A stretch of DNA of 64,000 nt. Origin: Bacilli bacterium (GTDB lineage Bacteria; Bacillota_I; Bacilli_A; ML615J-28; CAG-313). A program made the translations under genes and the position numbers. Below the pieces are notes generated by a model. That model was not told the DNA's origin and did not search any database. It worked only from the letters and a program-made list of their open reading frames with translations. Shown piece after piece: positions 48,935-59,282 of the stretch (within the stretch, counting starts at the first letter, position 1; every line of letters begins with the position of its first letter). The stretch spans positions 122 through 64,121 of the forward strand of contig JAZNQD010000004.1 of assembly GCA_045589955.1 (NCBI GenBank), in the 5' to 3' direction.

Positions 48935-51010
48935 ATGAAAAATAAAATTATTACCCTATTAATGCTTATTGTAAGCTTATTTATGATTACAGGATGTAAA
49001 GCAAAAAAAGAAGAAAAATTGAAGATCGAGCTTCAAGGTGCACTTGACACACTTGAACTTTCCGATTCTGTTTCAAATAGCATTAATCTACCGAATGAGG
49101 TTAATGGATATCAAATAACTTGGAACAGTAATAATGAGAGTATTATTTCTATTGATGGTGCTGTTAATCCAGCATTAGAAGATGTTGAAGTAACTCTTAT
49201 TGCAACAATATCTAAAGATAGTGTTTCTCTTAGCAAAGAATTTAAAGTAACTGTTATTGGCAATGATCCGACAAAGGTTATAGAAGATGCATTTACAAAT
49301 ATTATAATTCCAAATACTACTGATGTAAATATTGATTTACCAGCGCAAATTAATAATTTAAATATTACATGGTCAACTTCTGACAAAAATGTTATTTCTA
49401 ATCGTGGAATTGTAAAACAAGGTGCTGAAGACGTTGAAGTTATACTTAAAGCAACAATCAATTACGAAGGAATAACAAAGTCAAAAGAATTTGTGGTTAC
49501 TGTTTTAGCAAATCCAGTTTATAAGGAAATTGATAATTTGTTAAGCGAACTTGTTATTCCCCTTGAAACTTATGAAAACATTAATTTACCAACAACGTTT
49601 AATGGTTTAAATATTACTTGGAAAACATCAAGATCAACTTATCTTACAGCTGAAGGCGTTGTGAATCGTAGTGCTGAAGATCAATTAATTTTATTAACTG
49701 CCGTAATAAATTATAATAATATTAAAATAGAAAAATACTACGATGTAACTGTTAAAGGTTGGACTGATGCCGAAAAATTAACAAAAGTTTTAGAGTCACT
49801 AACATTTAATGAAACTTTAAGCTATGATTTAATTTTAAGTACAAAACTTGGCTATGATTCTGTTGCAATATGGCAATCAAGCAATCAAGATGTTTTAACA
49901 AATGAAGGTGTTTACACTTATGATGAAAATGTAAAAACTGTTACTTTAACAGTTATTGTAAAGTTAGGAAGTGAAGAAATGCAAAAAGAATTTGATTTTT
50001 CTTTAAAACCAAAAGAAGAAAATCTAAAAGAACACTTAGTTATTGAAAGAGCAGAAGAACTTAATACAAGTAAGTTTAATAATGTTGAATTAGTAGAAAA
50101 CAAATTAGTATTAAAAGCTGGTGCAAGTATTGGAACCTATGAATCTGGTGTAATTGAAACAAAAGAGTTTACTAGCCTTGTTGCATCGTGGGCCGCAATC
50201 TCTTCAACAACAGCTACAGTTGAATTACAAGTTAAAGTTCGTGTTGGAAGTGTTTGGAGTGATTATATTTCATATAAAGAATGGGGGTTAGGTCTACAAA
50301 ATGCTTGTTATGACCAATCTAATTCCTTAATTAAACTTTCAACTGATGAAGTTATGGTGCTAAACAATAAAAGAGGTAGTGCTATAATGTATAAAGTTAC
50401 TTTAAGAACTACGCAAAATACAACTCCAGAACTATCTTTAGTATGTTTTGCATTAGAAATTCCTGGTCATACTCATCAAGTTGATATTTCTTCATATCCT
50501 CGTTCTGTAATTCATGATGTTCCAAAACTATATCAACAAGTTGTACCAACAATTGGTAATTCAATTTGTAGTGCTACTTCATCAACAATGTTATTAAAAT
50601 ATAAAGGTGAGTCATTTACTGAATTTGATGCTGAATATGAACATCGTTATATGGCATCAATTGTTCGCGACTATGGTAATAAAATCTATGGTAACTGGGT
50701 TTATAATACTGTTGCAATGAGTGGGTATGGTTATGATGCTTATGTAGCTCGTTTTTATTCTATTAATGAGCTTGTTGAACATCTTGCAACTGTCGGTCCA
50801 TGTGCTCTTTCTGTTAAAGGACAAATGACATCGGATCAAAAGAACTACTATACTAATGGACATTTGATTGTTGCTATTGGTTATGAAATTCTAGATAATG
50901 GTGAGATTGTAATTGTTTGTAATGATCCAAATGTATCTGTTGTGACATGTCGTTACTCATTAACAGTAATGAATAATACATGGCGTAATATTGCTTATGT
51001 AATTGAATAA
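48935..51010 (+). CDS. Surface lipoprotein with five tandem Ig-like repeats and a C-terminal papain-like C39-family (Peptidase_C39_2/BtrH-like) cysteine peptidase domain
   Basis: Lipobox ITGCKAK. Five repeats of about 90 aa share NLP..NG..ITW.S...ISxxGxV.R.AEDVEV.L.ATI....SKEF.VTV. The C-terminus carries QQVVPTIGNSICSATSSTMLLKYKG (nucleophile Cys context) and NGHLIVAIGYE (catalytic His context). Start at the ATG at 48935 after a GAGGA RBS. Confidence 0.6.
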   Translation: MKNKIITLLMLIVSLFMITGCKAKKEEKLKIELQGALDTLELSDSVSNSINLPNEVNGYQITWNSNNESIISIDGAVNPALEDVEVTLIATISKDSVSLSKEFKVTVIGNDPTKVIEDAFTNIIIPNTTDVNIDLPAQINNLNITWSTSDKNVISNRGIVKQGAEDVEVILKATINYEGITKSKEFVVTVLANPVYKEIDNLLSELVIPLETYENINLPTTFNGLNITWKTSRSTYLTAEGVVNRSAEDQLILLTAVINYNNIKIEKYYDVTVKGWTDAEKLTKVLESLTFNETLSYDLILSTKLGYDSVAIWQSSNQDVLTNEGVYTYDENVKTVTLTVIVKLGSEEMQKEFDFSLKPKEENLKEHLVIERAEELNTSKFNNVELVENKLVLKAGASIGTYESGVIETKEFTSLVASWAAISSTTATVELQVKVRVGSVWSDYISYKEWGLGLQNACYDQSNSLIKLSTDEVMVLNNKRGSAIMYKVTLRTTQNTTPELSLVCFALEIPGHTHQVDISSYPRSVIHDVPKLYQQVVPTIGNSICSATSSTMLLKYKGESFTEFDAEYEHRYMASIVRDYGNKIYGNWVYNTVAMSGYGYDAYVARFYSINELVEHLATVGPCALSVKGQMTSDQKNYYTNGHLIVAIGYEILDNGEIVIVCNDPNVSVVTCRYSLTVMNNTWRNIAYVIE

Positions 51011-51032
51011 ATAAAAAGTTATGCAAATAATG

Positions 51033-51075
51033 CTTGATTTCGGTATCCACCAGAGTCAAGCATTTTAATTTGGCT
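51033..51075 (+). terminator. Rho-independent terminator after the lipoprotein gene
   Basis: Hairpin GCTTGATTTCGGTATCCACCAGAGTCAAGC followed by ATTTTAATTT. Confidence 0.6.
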
Positions 51076-51230
51076 TGAAATCTTTTATTATTATAAAATT
51101 CACTATATTACAACTTTTAATTTTTATTCTTTTAAAATATTTATTCTTCCCATAATAAAAATGCCTCCAAAGTAAATAGTGAATAATTTAATTTTTATTC
51201 ACTGTCTACTTTAGAGACATTATATCATTA

Positions 51231-52040
51231 TTAGCTGCCTTTTCTTTCAAGTGTTTGATAATCAGGATCGTCTGGAGTGATACCTGCTAAAATTTGCATT
51301 TCATGATATGCACGTGATTGAATATCAAATATCGCATCATTTTTTTCTAAGCTATTATCAAGGTACATTAATTCACCAACTTTGATAGTTACTAACGGTT
51401 CTTTCTTATTATATAAGGCAAATAAACCTTTACGAGGTCTAAAAGAAATTGCCATTGGTAAAACTGGTAAATTATGTTTATAAGCTGTTTTAAAACAGCC
51501 TTTTTTAAGAGGTCTGATATATGGATAATAATACCACATTGATCCTTCAGGATAAACGTGTAGCCAGCGTCCATCTTCAACAATATCATCAATTGCTTTT
51601 TCAAAAGTTTTTATTGCTTTTAGCTTTTGCGGGATTGGAACTCCCCCCATTATGCGAATGAAATATCGATTAGGTCCTTCAAAATTAATTGGCCATGCCA
51701 TAAAATATTCCATTTTAGGTCTAATAGCACGTGTAACAACAAGATAATCCATTGGGAAGACATGGTTACAAATCGTCATAACTGATCCTTTTAATTTTTT
51801 AGCTTTGCGAACATTCTTTCTCCCTTCAACTTTTACCCCATAACGTAAATACATAAAAGGATATAAGAAAAGGTGAATTAAGATATTTGCGAAAAATCTT
51901 AAAACATGGTAAAAGAAAGTATTATTATAATAACGATGATTTTCATCAAAGTTAGTATCAACTTGATGTTTTACAAATAACATATGTTGATCAGGTTTTT
52001 CAGGGTATGTGTATCTTGATATATCAGGTTTAAATCTCAT
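51231..52040 (-). CDS. Lysophospholipid acyltransferase (LPLAT/PlsC-like 1-acyl-sn-glycerol-3-phosphate acyltransferase family)
   Basis: HX4D motif (NHVFPMD) and PEG motif (VYPEGS). 269 aa. Confidence 0.65.
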   Translation of the reverse strand: MRFKPDISRYTYPEKPDQHMLFVKHQVDTNFDENHRYYNNTFFYHVLRFFANILIHLFLYPFMYLRYGVKVEGRKNVRKAKKLKGSVMTICNHVFPMDYLVVTRAIRPKMEYFMAWPINFEGPNRYFIRIMGGVPIPQKLKAIKTFEKAIDDIVEDGRWLHVYPEGSMWYYYPYIRPLKKGCFKTAYKHNLPVLPMAISFRPRKGLFALYNKKEPLVTIKVGELMYLDNSLEKNDAIFDIQSRAYHEMQILAGITPDDPDYQTLERKGS

Positions 52041-52216
52041 AAAACACCTCTTTAATTAATTATACTAAAAGATGCCATAAAAATCAAATTTATAACATAT
52101 AATTATCATTAAGTAAATTTTAATATTTTATGTTACTATTTAAGTAGATAAAAAAATAAAAAAATAGTATAATATAAAAATGAAAAGAGATTATATTCAT
52201 AAAATACGGAGGTATT

Positions 52217-54301
52217 ATGAAAAAAACTTTATTATTATTAACAATGTTATTCTTTTCACTTGTTCTTGTAGGATGTAAACCAAAAGAAGTAGTTGAAGAA
52301 TTTGACCAAACAAAAATTGATAATGTTATTAATTTAATTGATAATTTGCCATCAAGTTTGGAAATAAACGAAAATTCTAAAGAACAAATTGAAAATGCCC
52401 GTTCTTCTTATGAAGCCTTACTACAAATTGAAAAAGATAGAGTAACTAATTATAGCAAACTTACAAGTGCTGAGGCAAAATTAAAACGCGTTTTAGATCA
52501 AAGAGATGAAGATTTGTTAGAAGAAATTGCCCAAAAAATTAGTGAGCTTCCTAAAGCAGATTTAATTACAGTTAATGACCGTGCAAAAGTTGATGAAATT
52601 GAAAACTTGATTTCTAAATTATATTTTGTTGACCGAAATCAAATCCCTAACATTTTATTATTTGATATTGCTAAAGATCAAGTAGCATATTTAGAAAACG
52701 AAATTATTCTTAATCAAATGGCAGCTGAAGTAATTGAAGCTATCAATACTCTTCCAAATATTAATGATCTGACTTTAGAAGATGAAGAAGCTGTAAAAGC
52801 GGTTCGTGCTAAGTATGATGCTATGTTAGAAGAAGCACGTTATAAAGTAACAAACTACAAAGTTTTATTAGAATTAGAAGATGTTATTAAGACTTTAAAC
52901 GAATTTAAAGATTTTGACCCTCGTGATGTATTAAATTGCCTAAGTGATATTTTAACATCAAATAGTAATGACTTAATTATTACTGAAGGTGAAAACTTTA
53001 CCGTAAAATGGGAAAGTTCAAATGAAAAATTATTATATTTTGAAGATGGTCATGTCAAAATCTCTAAAGTTTATCAAACACATCGCAAGCAACATGTTAA
53101 TGTTACTGCAAAAATTACTCTTTCTAATGATGAAGTTGTAACTTTAACTAAACTCGTTACTGTTGAACCAGTAATGTTTGCGCCAATGCCTTCTACTCCA
53201 GTTGCAACATATTTCCAATCAGGAGCTTTAAGTAACTATACTAACTATAGTGAGCGTTATTTAAAAGAAGGGACACTATTCTCTGATAAAGCAAAAGATG
53301 TTTTAGATATTATTTATTATGCATTCGCTAACTTAGATGAAGCAGGTAATGTTCGTTTATCTAACCTTGATATCGTAAAAGAATTAAATGCGATGAAAGC
53401 ATATGATACTCGTGTTGTTCTTTGTATTGCAGGTGTAAGTTCTGAGGCAAGTAAAATCTTTACTAATCTTACGGCTGATGACGCAAAACGTGCAGTATTA
53501 GTCAAGAATATCATGGATGCAGTTGAAATTTATAATTTTGATGGTGTTGATATTGACTGGGAATCAACTGGAAGTGCCCCAGTTGTTGCGGTATCAATGA
53601 ATAAACTAATGCGAGATTTACGTAATGAAATGGATGCTCGCCAAGATCCAAACGGAACTCCTTACTTATTAAGTGCTGCTGTACCTGCATCAAGTTGGGG
53701 AGCAGGTAAAGACCGCTTTGATTTTGCAACATTAAACAAATATGTCGATTATATTAATATGATGTCTTATGATATGAACAAAACAACAAACGCAACTCAC
53801 TTATCACCTTTATATATTTCTTCTTATGATGGTGGTTATGGATTTGGTTGTGATTACGGTGTTGAATTATTTACATCACGTGGTTTAGATAAAAATAAGA
53901 TTATTATTGGTTCTGCAGGCTATGGCAAATCATATCAAGTTAATTCGACTGTTTTAAGCGATAAGTATCCGGGTTTAAGTGCTAGTGCTTCACTTATGTA
54001 CTTAAATGGAATTCCAGGAGCTCACGCTAGTGGTACATTATTCTATAACGCAATTTCTAAACTATTAAAGAGTAGCCAATATGTAAAATATATTGAATAT
54101 AATTCTAAGGGACAATTAGTTGGATCTTTCTTATTTAATGCCCAAGCAAAAATCTTTGTAACATATGATAGTGAAGAAGTAATTGAAGCTAAATATGAAT
54201 ATGCTCAGGCGAGTGAAGGTATGGGCATTATGTGTTGGGCTTATACTGAAGATACTGCTGATAATTTTGTAAATTCAATTTATAATGCAAAAAACAAATA
54301 A
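52217..54301 (+). CDS. Surface lipoprotein with N-terminal helical (FIVAR-like) repeats, one Ig-like repeat and a C-terminal glycoside hydrolase family 18 (chitinase/endo-beta-N-acetylglucosaminidase-like) domain
   Basis: Lipobox LVGCKPK. GH18 catalytic signature FDGVDIDWE (DxxDxDxE). The Ig-like repeat (VKWESSNEKLL...VTAKITL...KLVTV) is related to those in the 48935 gene. 694 aa. Confidence 0.7.
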   Translation: MKKTLLLLTMLFFSLVLVGCKPKEVVEEFDQTKIDNVINLIDNLPSSLEINENSKEQIENARSSYEALLQIEKDRVTNYSKLTSAEAKLKRVLDQRDEDLLEEIAQKISELPKADLITVNDRAKVDEIENLISKLYFVDRNQIPNILLFDIAKDQVAYLENEIILNQMAAEVIEAINTLPNINDLTLEDEEAVKAVRAKYDAMLEEARYKVTNYKVLLELEDVIKTLNEFKDFDPRDVLNCLSDILTSNSNDLIITEGENFTVKWESSNEKLLYFEDGHVKISKVYQTHRKQHVNVTAKITLSNDEVVTLTKLVTVEPVMFAPMPSTPVATYFQSGALSNYTNYSERYLKEGTLFSDKAKDVLDIIYYAFANLDEAGNVRLSNLDIVKELNAMKAYDTRVVLCIAGVSSEASKIFTNLTADDAKRAVLVKNIMDAVEIYNFDGVDIDWESTGSAPVVAVSMNKLMRDLRNEMDARQDPNGTPYLLSAAVPASSWGAGKDRFDFATLNKYVDYINMMSYDMNKTTNATHLSPLYISSYDGGYGFGCDYGVELFTSRGLDKNKIIIGSAGYGKSYQVNSTVLSDKYPGLSASASLMYLNGIPGAHASGTLFYNAISKLLKSSQYVKYIEYNSKGQLVGSFLFNAQAKIFVTYDSEEVIEAKYEYAQASEGMGIMCWAYTEDTADNFVNSIYNAKNK

Positions 54302-54362
54302 ACCAAAGGTTAAACCTTTGGTCTTTTAAAAATAAAAAAAGTCTTCTTACGAAGACATACTT
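54302..54362. terminator. Two hairpin terminators between the GH18 gene and tRNA-Lys
   Basis: CCAAAGGTTTAACCTTTGG plus TCTTTT on the plus strand. AAAAAAAGTCTTCTTACGAAGAC on the plus strand also serves as the minus-strand terminator downstream of tRNA-Lys. Confidence 0.6.
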
Positions 54363-54368
54363 TAAAAA

Positions 54369-54444
54369 TGGTACACCCTCAGGGGCTCGAACCCTGGACC
54401 CACAGATTAAGAGTCTGTTGCTCTACCAACTGAGCTAAGGGTGC
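54369..54444 (-). tRNA. tRNA-Lys (anticodon CTT)
   Basis: Reverse complement GCACCCTTAGCTCAGTTGGTAGAGCAACAGACTCTTAATCTGTGGGTCCAGGGTTCGAGCCCCTGAGGGTGTACCA. D-arm AGCTCAGTTGGTAGAGC. Anticodon stem ACAGA/TCTGT with loop CTCTTAA. T-arm CCAGG-GTTCGAGC-CCCTG. Encoded CCA. Confidence 0.8.
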
Positions 54445-54603
54445 ATATAATTCTTATTTATTATATAATATATTTGTGTTTTTTTCAATGAAAATGATAA
54501 ATAAATCTAAATATTTTATAAATTATTTATGCGATGTTTCTATATCAGTATTAATGACTTGAAAATTTGCACAAAAAATGGTAAAATAAGTATAGGTGAA
54601 AAT

Positions 54604-56100
54604 ATGAAAAATAAATATTTAAAATTATGTGGAATTATTATTTTTAGTTTTTTATTAGTTTTTACAAATAGTTGTAAAAAACCTAAACCTGAAGAAGCAG
54701 TTCCTCAAGATATTATTCTATCTATTTTGTCAATAAATGACTTCCATGGTCAACTTGAAGAAGTTGATGGCGCAACAGGCGCTGCTCGTATTGCCGGATT
54801 TATTAACGAAGTACGTGGTGAAAATCCTGATTCTACTGTTGTACTTGCTGCTGGTGATATGTTTCAAGGAACTGGATTATCAAATGTTGGTTATGGGAAA
54901 GACGTTATCACCTTTATGAATATGTTGGATTTTGATGCCATGACAATTGGAAATCATGAATTTGACTGGACATTAGATAAAATATTAGAATATCGTGATG
55001 GAAATCCTCAAAATGGAGAAGCAGAATTTCCATTCTTAAGTACTAATATTCATCAATATTCAACTGGTGGATTACCTAAATATATTGACGAGTATACTAT
55101 TATTGAACGTAAAGGTTTAAAAATTGCAATTATTGGCTTTATTGGCGAAAACCAAGAAGAAGATATTGCCCCTTCTATGATTGCTGATTACTCTTTAGAA
55201 GCTCCTCTTGAAGAAGTACGTGAAAATATTAAAGAGGCTCGTACAAATGGTGGTGCTGATATCGTTATTGTTATGGGGCATGAAGATAACTTAAAATTAA
55301 ATAATTCACTTGCTAGTGGAACTGGTGATTATGAAGTTAATGCAATTATCAATGCTCATTCTCATGATTTAGAAAATAGTCGAATTTACCGAAAAGAAGA
55401 TCAACAATATGTTCCTGTTGTTCAATCTAAGTCAAGTGGTGAATATGTTGGTCAAACGACATTAACAATTGATCCGATAACAAAAGACGTTAAGAATGCT
55501 GCCGTTAAAAATGTTCGTATGACATCTAATCGTGTTAAAGATAGTGAGGTTGAATCTTTTGTTACGAGTGTTCGTCAAAGCTATGCGCATATCTTTGACC
55601 GTCAGTTGTGCATTGCAGGTGATTCTATATCACGTGTTCAAGGAACAAAATGGGCAGTTAAAGCTTTATATGATTACGCAAATCGTGAATATGAAAAGAT
55701 TGATTTAGCATTTATTAATTCTGGTGGTATTAGAGCTAATGCTTTCCCAATTAATAAAGATGAAGTTATTACGGTTAATCATGTTTATCGTATTATGCCT
55801 TTTGATAACATGGTTAAAGTTACAGAGTTAAATGGTAAACAATTGATTCATGCAATGAAAATTAATGATATCGTTGTTGGTGGCAATTACTATGTTTCTA
55901 ATAATAATTACTATGTAAATGGTGAATTAGTTGTTGAAGATGCTATTTACCGAGTAATTGCTGTAGATTATGTTTTTGATAATACTAGTTATCCATTCGT
56001 AAATGGTAATAATACCATTATAACAGAAATATTATTTAGAGATATTTTGATTAATGAATTAGAATTATTAGGCCAAAATAATGAGAATTGGCTTTGTTAG
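54604..56100 (+). CDS. Lipoprotein 5'-nucleotidase / 2',3'-cyclic-nucleotide phosphodiesterase family (calcineurin-like metallophosphoesterase plus 5'-nucleotidase C-terminal domain)
   Basis: Lipobox FTNSCKK. Metallophosphatase motifs DFHGQLEE, GDMFQG, GNHEFD and GHEDN. Start at the ATG at 54604 after an AGGTGA RBS. Confidence 0.75.
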   Translation: MKNKYLKLCGIIIFSFLLVFTNSCKKPKPEEAVPQDIILSILSINDFHGQLEEVDGATGAARIAGFINEVRGENPDSTVVLAAGDMFQGTGLSNVGYGKDVITFMNMLDFDAMTIGNHEFDWTLDKILEYRDGNPQNGEAEFPFLSTNIHQYSTGGLPKYIDEYTIIERKGLKIAIIGFIGENQEEDIAPSMIADYSLEAPLEEVRENIKEARTNGGADIVIVMGHEDNLKLNNSLASGTGDYEVNAIINAHSHDLENSRIYRKEDQQYVPVVQSKSSGEYVGQTTLTIDPITKDVKNAAVKNVRMTSNRVKDSEVESFVTSVRQSYAHIFDRQLCIAGDSISRVQGTKWAVKALYDYANREYEKIDLAFINSGGIRANAFPINKDEVITVNHVYRIMPFDNMVKVTELNGKQLIHAMKINDIVVGGNYYVSNNNYYVNGELVVEDAIYRVIAVDYVFDNTSYPFVNGNNTIITEILFRDILINELELLGQNNENWLC

Positions 56101-56109
56101 GAGAAAACT

Positions 56110-57003
56110 ATGAGTGAAAAAATTATTTTAACAAGTGATAGTGCATGCGACTTATCGCCTGAACTTATTAAAGAACATGATATTCGAATTATTCCACTTC
56201 ATGTAAATTTTGAAGATGTGGAATATGATGATGGTGTTAATATTGATTTAACAAAAATGTTTGCAAAAGTTGAAACTTCAGGTAAATTACCAAAAACATC
56301 TGCAGTTTCACCTCAAGAATTTGTACAATTTTTTTCAAAAATTAGAAAAGAAGAACCGGATGCTCATATTATTTATACTGGTATTGGTTCGGCTTTATCT
56401 TCTACATTCCAATCTGCACATATTGCTAAAGATATTTTAGATGATGATAAAATTCACTTAATTGATTCTAAAAATTTATCAACTGGTATTGGCTTAGTAC
56501 TATTAAAAGCTTCAATTTATCGCTCTTTAGGTTGGGGAATTGAGAAAATTATTCGTAAACTTAATTTATTAATTCCTAAAGTTAAAGTACAATTTGTTAT
56601 CAAAACTTTAGACTATTTACGTAAAGGTGGAAGATGTAAAACTATTACATTTATTATTGGGACATTACTTAAAATTCGCCCAATGATTGCGGTAAGAGAA
56701 GGAAAACTTGTTGTTGGACGTAAAGTTATTGGAACAATGAAGAAGGCTTGTCTTGATATGATGAAGTTATTTGAACGTGACATTGATAAAATTGATCCAG
56801 AATTTGTCTTTATCACTCATTGTTCCGGGGAAGAAAGTGTTCCAGTTTTAAAAGCAGAAGTGGAAAAACACGGAACTGTTGAAAACTTATATGTAACTGA
56901 GGCTGGTTGTACAATTGGTAGTCACTGTGGCCCTGGTTGTATAGGTATTTTATATATTTTAAAAGATGAAAATGTTGAATTAGAATTTGACGAAGAACAA
57001 TAA
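56110..57003 (+). CDS. DegV-family fatty-acid-binding protein (FakB-like)
   Basis: N-terminus IILTSDSACDLSPEL typical of DegV; 297 aa. Confidence 0.85.
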   Translation: MSEKIILTSDSACDLSPELIKEHDIRIIPLHVNFEDVEYDDGVNIDLTKMFAKVETSGKLPKTSAVSPQEFVQFFSKIRKEEPDAHIIYTGIGSALSSTFQSAHIAKDILDDDKIHLIDSKNLSTGIGLVLLKASIYRSLGWGIEKIIRKLNLLIPKVKVQFVIKTLDYLRKGGRCKTITFIIGTLLKIRPMIAVREGKLVVGRKVIGTMKKACLDMMKLFERDIDKIDPEFVFITHCSGEESVPVLKAEVEKHGTVENLYVTEAGCTIGSHCGPGCIGILYILKDENVELEFDEEQ

Positions 57004-57048
57004 AATTAAAAAGTCTCTTTGAGACTTTTTTAAACGAAAGGAGGGCAT

Positions 57049-59256
57049 ATGAATAAAATTAATAAAGTAGAACTACTTGCACCGGCAGGTTCGTTTGAAG
57101 CATTTTTAGTTGCTATTGCATCTGGTGCAGATGCAGTTTACATCAGTGGTAAATCATTTGGTGCTCGTGCTTTTGCTCCTAATTTTACTAATAATGAAAT
57201 TAAAGAAGCAGTTCGATATGCCCATATTCTTGGTAAAAAAGTATATGTTACGATAAATACATTGATTTATAATCATGAGCTAGAGGAATTAAAAGATTAT
57301 ATTAATTATTTATATGATTCAAAAGTTGATGCTTTAATTGTTCAAGATTTAGGCGTTGTTAATTTAATTATAACTCTTCATCCCGATTTCATTATTCATG
57401 CTTCAACCCAAATGAGCATTTATAATGAAATTGGCATTAAGAATATCCAAAAAATTGGTATTAAGAGAGCCATTTTAGCAAGAGAAGTACCTCTTGAAAA
57501 AATCAAAGAACTAACAAAATTAGGAACTGAAATTGAAATTTTTGTTCATGGTGCTTTATGTTATGCTTATTCAGGTAACTGTCTTATGAGTTATGCGATT
57601 GGTGGAAGAAGCGGAAATCGCGGAGCTTGTGCTCAACCTTGTCGCAAAAAATATACTCTTCTTGAAAATAATAAACCACTTGTAAAAAACAAAAGTATGT
57701 TATCAATGAAAGATTTATCGGTTATTAATAATATCGATAAGATTTTAGAAACCGGAGTTACATCTTTAAAAATTGAAGGGCGTATGAAAAGTCTTGAATA
57801 TGTCCAAACTATTGTCAAACTTTATCGAAAGAAAATTGATGAATATTATAATAATAATTTTACAATTATTACCCCTGAGGAAGAAAAGACAATAAAAGTA
57901 ACTTTCAATCGTGGCTTTACTAAAGGATATTTACTAAATGATCATAATATTAATCGTACAGATTATAATAATGTGAATCATCGAGGAATTGAAATTGGAA
58001 AAGTAATCCGTAAAAGTAATAAGAAAGTAAGTATTAAATTGTCTGATTCACTTTCATTTAATGATGGAATACGTTTTAAAGGACAAAGTGAAGTAGGCGC
58101 TTATGTAAACGAAATGTACTTAAATGATAAGTTAGTTAAATTTGCTCCTAAGAATAGTACTGTTACCCTTATTCTTAATACACCTTGTAATGTTGGAGAC
58201 ACAGTTTATAAAACAGTCGATATAGCTTTACAAAATCAAGCTAAAGAATGTGTTAAAAACTTTCCGTTAAAGAAAAAAATAATAATAAATGTTGATATTT
58301 CTTTTAATCAACCATTGAAAATTGAAATGATTTGTGATGATTTTAAAGTTTGTTGTGAGTCAACAGTCTTACGCGATAAAGCAAATAATCCTTTATCGAT
58401 TGAACGTATTGCTACGCAACTTAATAAACTAAATGATACTTTATTTTATGCCGAAAAAATTAATGTCAATTATGATGGTTTAGCTTTCTTTGTTATAAAA
58501 GATTTAAACGAACTTCGTCGCTTAGCTGTTTCGAAAATGGAAGAATTACTAATTAATCAAGTCGAACGCTTAGATAATGGTTTTAATTTGCAAATTAATA
58601 ATTTTATACCTCATTCTGATGTTGTTGTTGATGTTGTTGTTAGTAATAAAGAACAATACAATATTTGCCAAACCCTTGGTATTGATAATATTTATTTTGA
58701 TGATAATTATTCTGATCGCTTTCAAAATACATTAAATGATAAAGGAATTATCCATAATTTAGGTCAGTTCGCAGATGGAAATAATAAATATCTACCCTCT
58801 ATTTATATGAATATAATAAATAATGAAAGTTTAAAAATACTTAACAAACTTGGGTTTACCAAAACATATCTTTCAACTGAAGTTTCGATAGAGGATGTTA
58901 AGAAATTCGATAAGAATTTGCTTGATCTTGGTTATTTTGTATACGGAAAAGAAGATTTAATGGTTTCTAATCAATGTTTTATTGCCTCATCATTAGGATA
59001 TGATCACAAGAAATGTTTTGCATGTCTTAAAAATAAATATGAACTAATTGATGAGTTCGGTAATGCTTTCCCAGTTTTGACTGAAGTTAATAATTGTGAT
59101 GTTCGTATTTTAAACTTCGATACAAGAAATGAAATCTTCAATATTAAAAGATTAATTAATTATGGTATCAATAGATTATTAATTATATTTACTGTTGAAA
59201 CAAAAGAAGAAATAGAAAAAATCATCAGTCTTGTTAATAGAGAAATAAATAGATAA
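57049..59256 (+). CDS. Peptidase U32 family protein (collagenase-like PrtC/YhbU/RlhA family), long form
   Basis: N-terminus VELLAPAGSFEAFLVAIASGADAVYISGKSFGAR and the conserved E-x-F-x-H-G-A-x-C motif region (EIFVHGALCYAYSGNC). 735 aa with a C-terminal extension. Confidence 0.8.
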   Translation: MNKINKVELLAPAGSFEAFLVAIASGADAVYISGKSFGARAFAPNFTNNEIKEAVRYAHILGKKVYVTINTLIYNHELEELKDYINYLYDSKVDALIVQDLGVVNLIITLHPDFIIHASTQMSIYNEIGIKNIQKIGIKRAILAREVPLEKIKELTKLGTEIEIFVHGALCYAYSGNCLMSYAIGGRSGNRGACAQPCRKKYTLLENNKPLVKNKSMLSMKDLSVINNIDKILETGVTSLKIEGRMKSLEYVQTIVKLYRKKIDEYYNNNFTIITPEEEKTIKVTFNRGFTKGYLLNDHNINRTDYNNVNHRGIEIGKVIRKSNKKVSIKLSDSLSFNDGIRFKGQSEVGAYVNEMYLNDKLVKFAPKNSTVTLILNTPCNVGDTVYKTVDIALQNQAKECVKNFPLKKKIIINVDISFNQPLKIEMICDDFKVCCESTVLRDKANNPLSIERIATQLNKLNDTLFYAEKINVNYDGLAFFVIKDLNELRRLAVSKMEELLINQVERLDNGFNLQINNFIPHSDVVVDVVVSNKEQYNICQTLGIDNIYFDDNYSDRFQNTLNDKGIIHNLGQFADGNNKYLPSIYMNIINNESLKILNKLGFTKTYLSTEVSIEDVKKFDKNLLDLGYFVYGKEDLMVSNQCFIASSLGYDHKKCFACLKNKYELIDEFGNAFPVLTEVNNCDVRILNFDTRNEIFNIKRLINYGINRLLIIFTVETKEEIEKIISLVNREINR

Positions 59257-59282
59257 AAAACAGCAGGTTGAACCTGCTGTTT

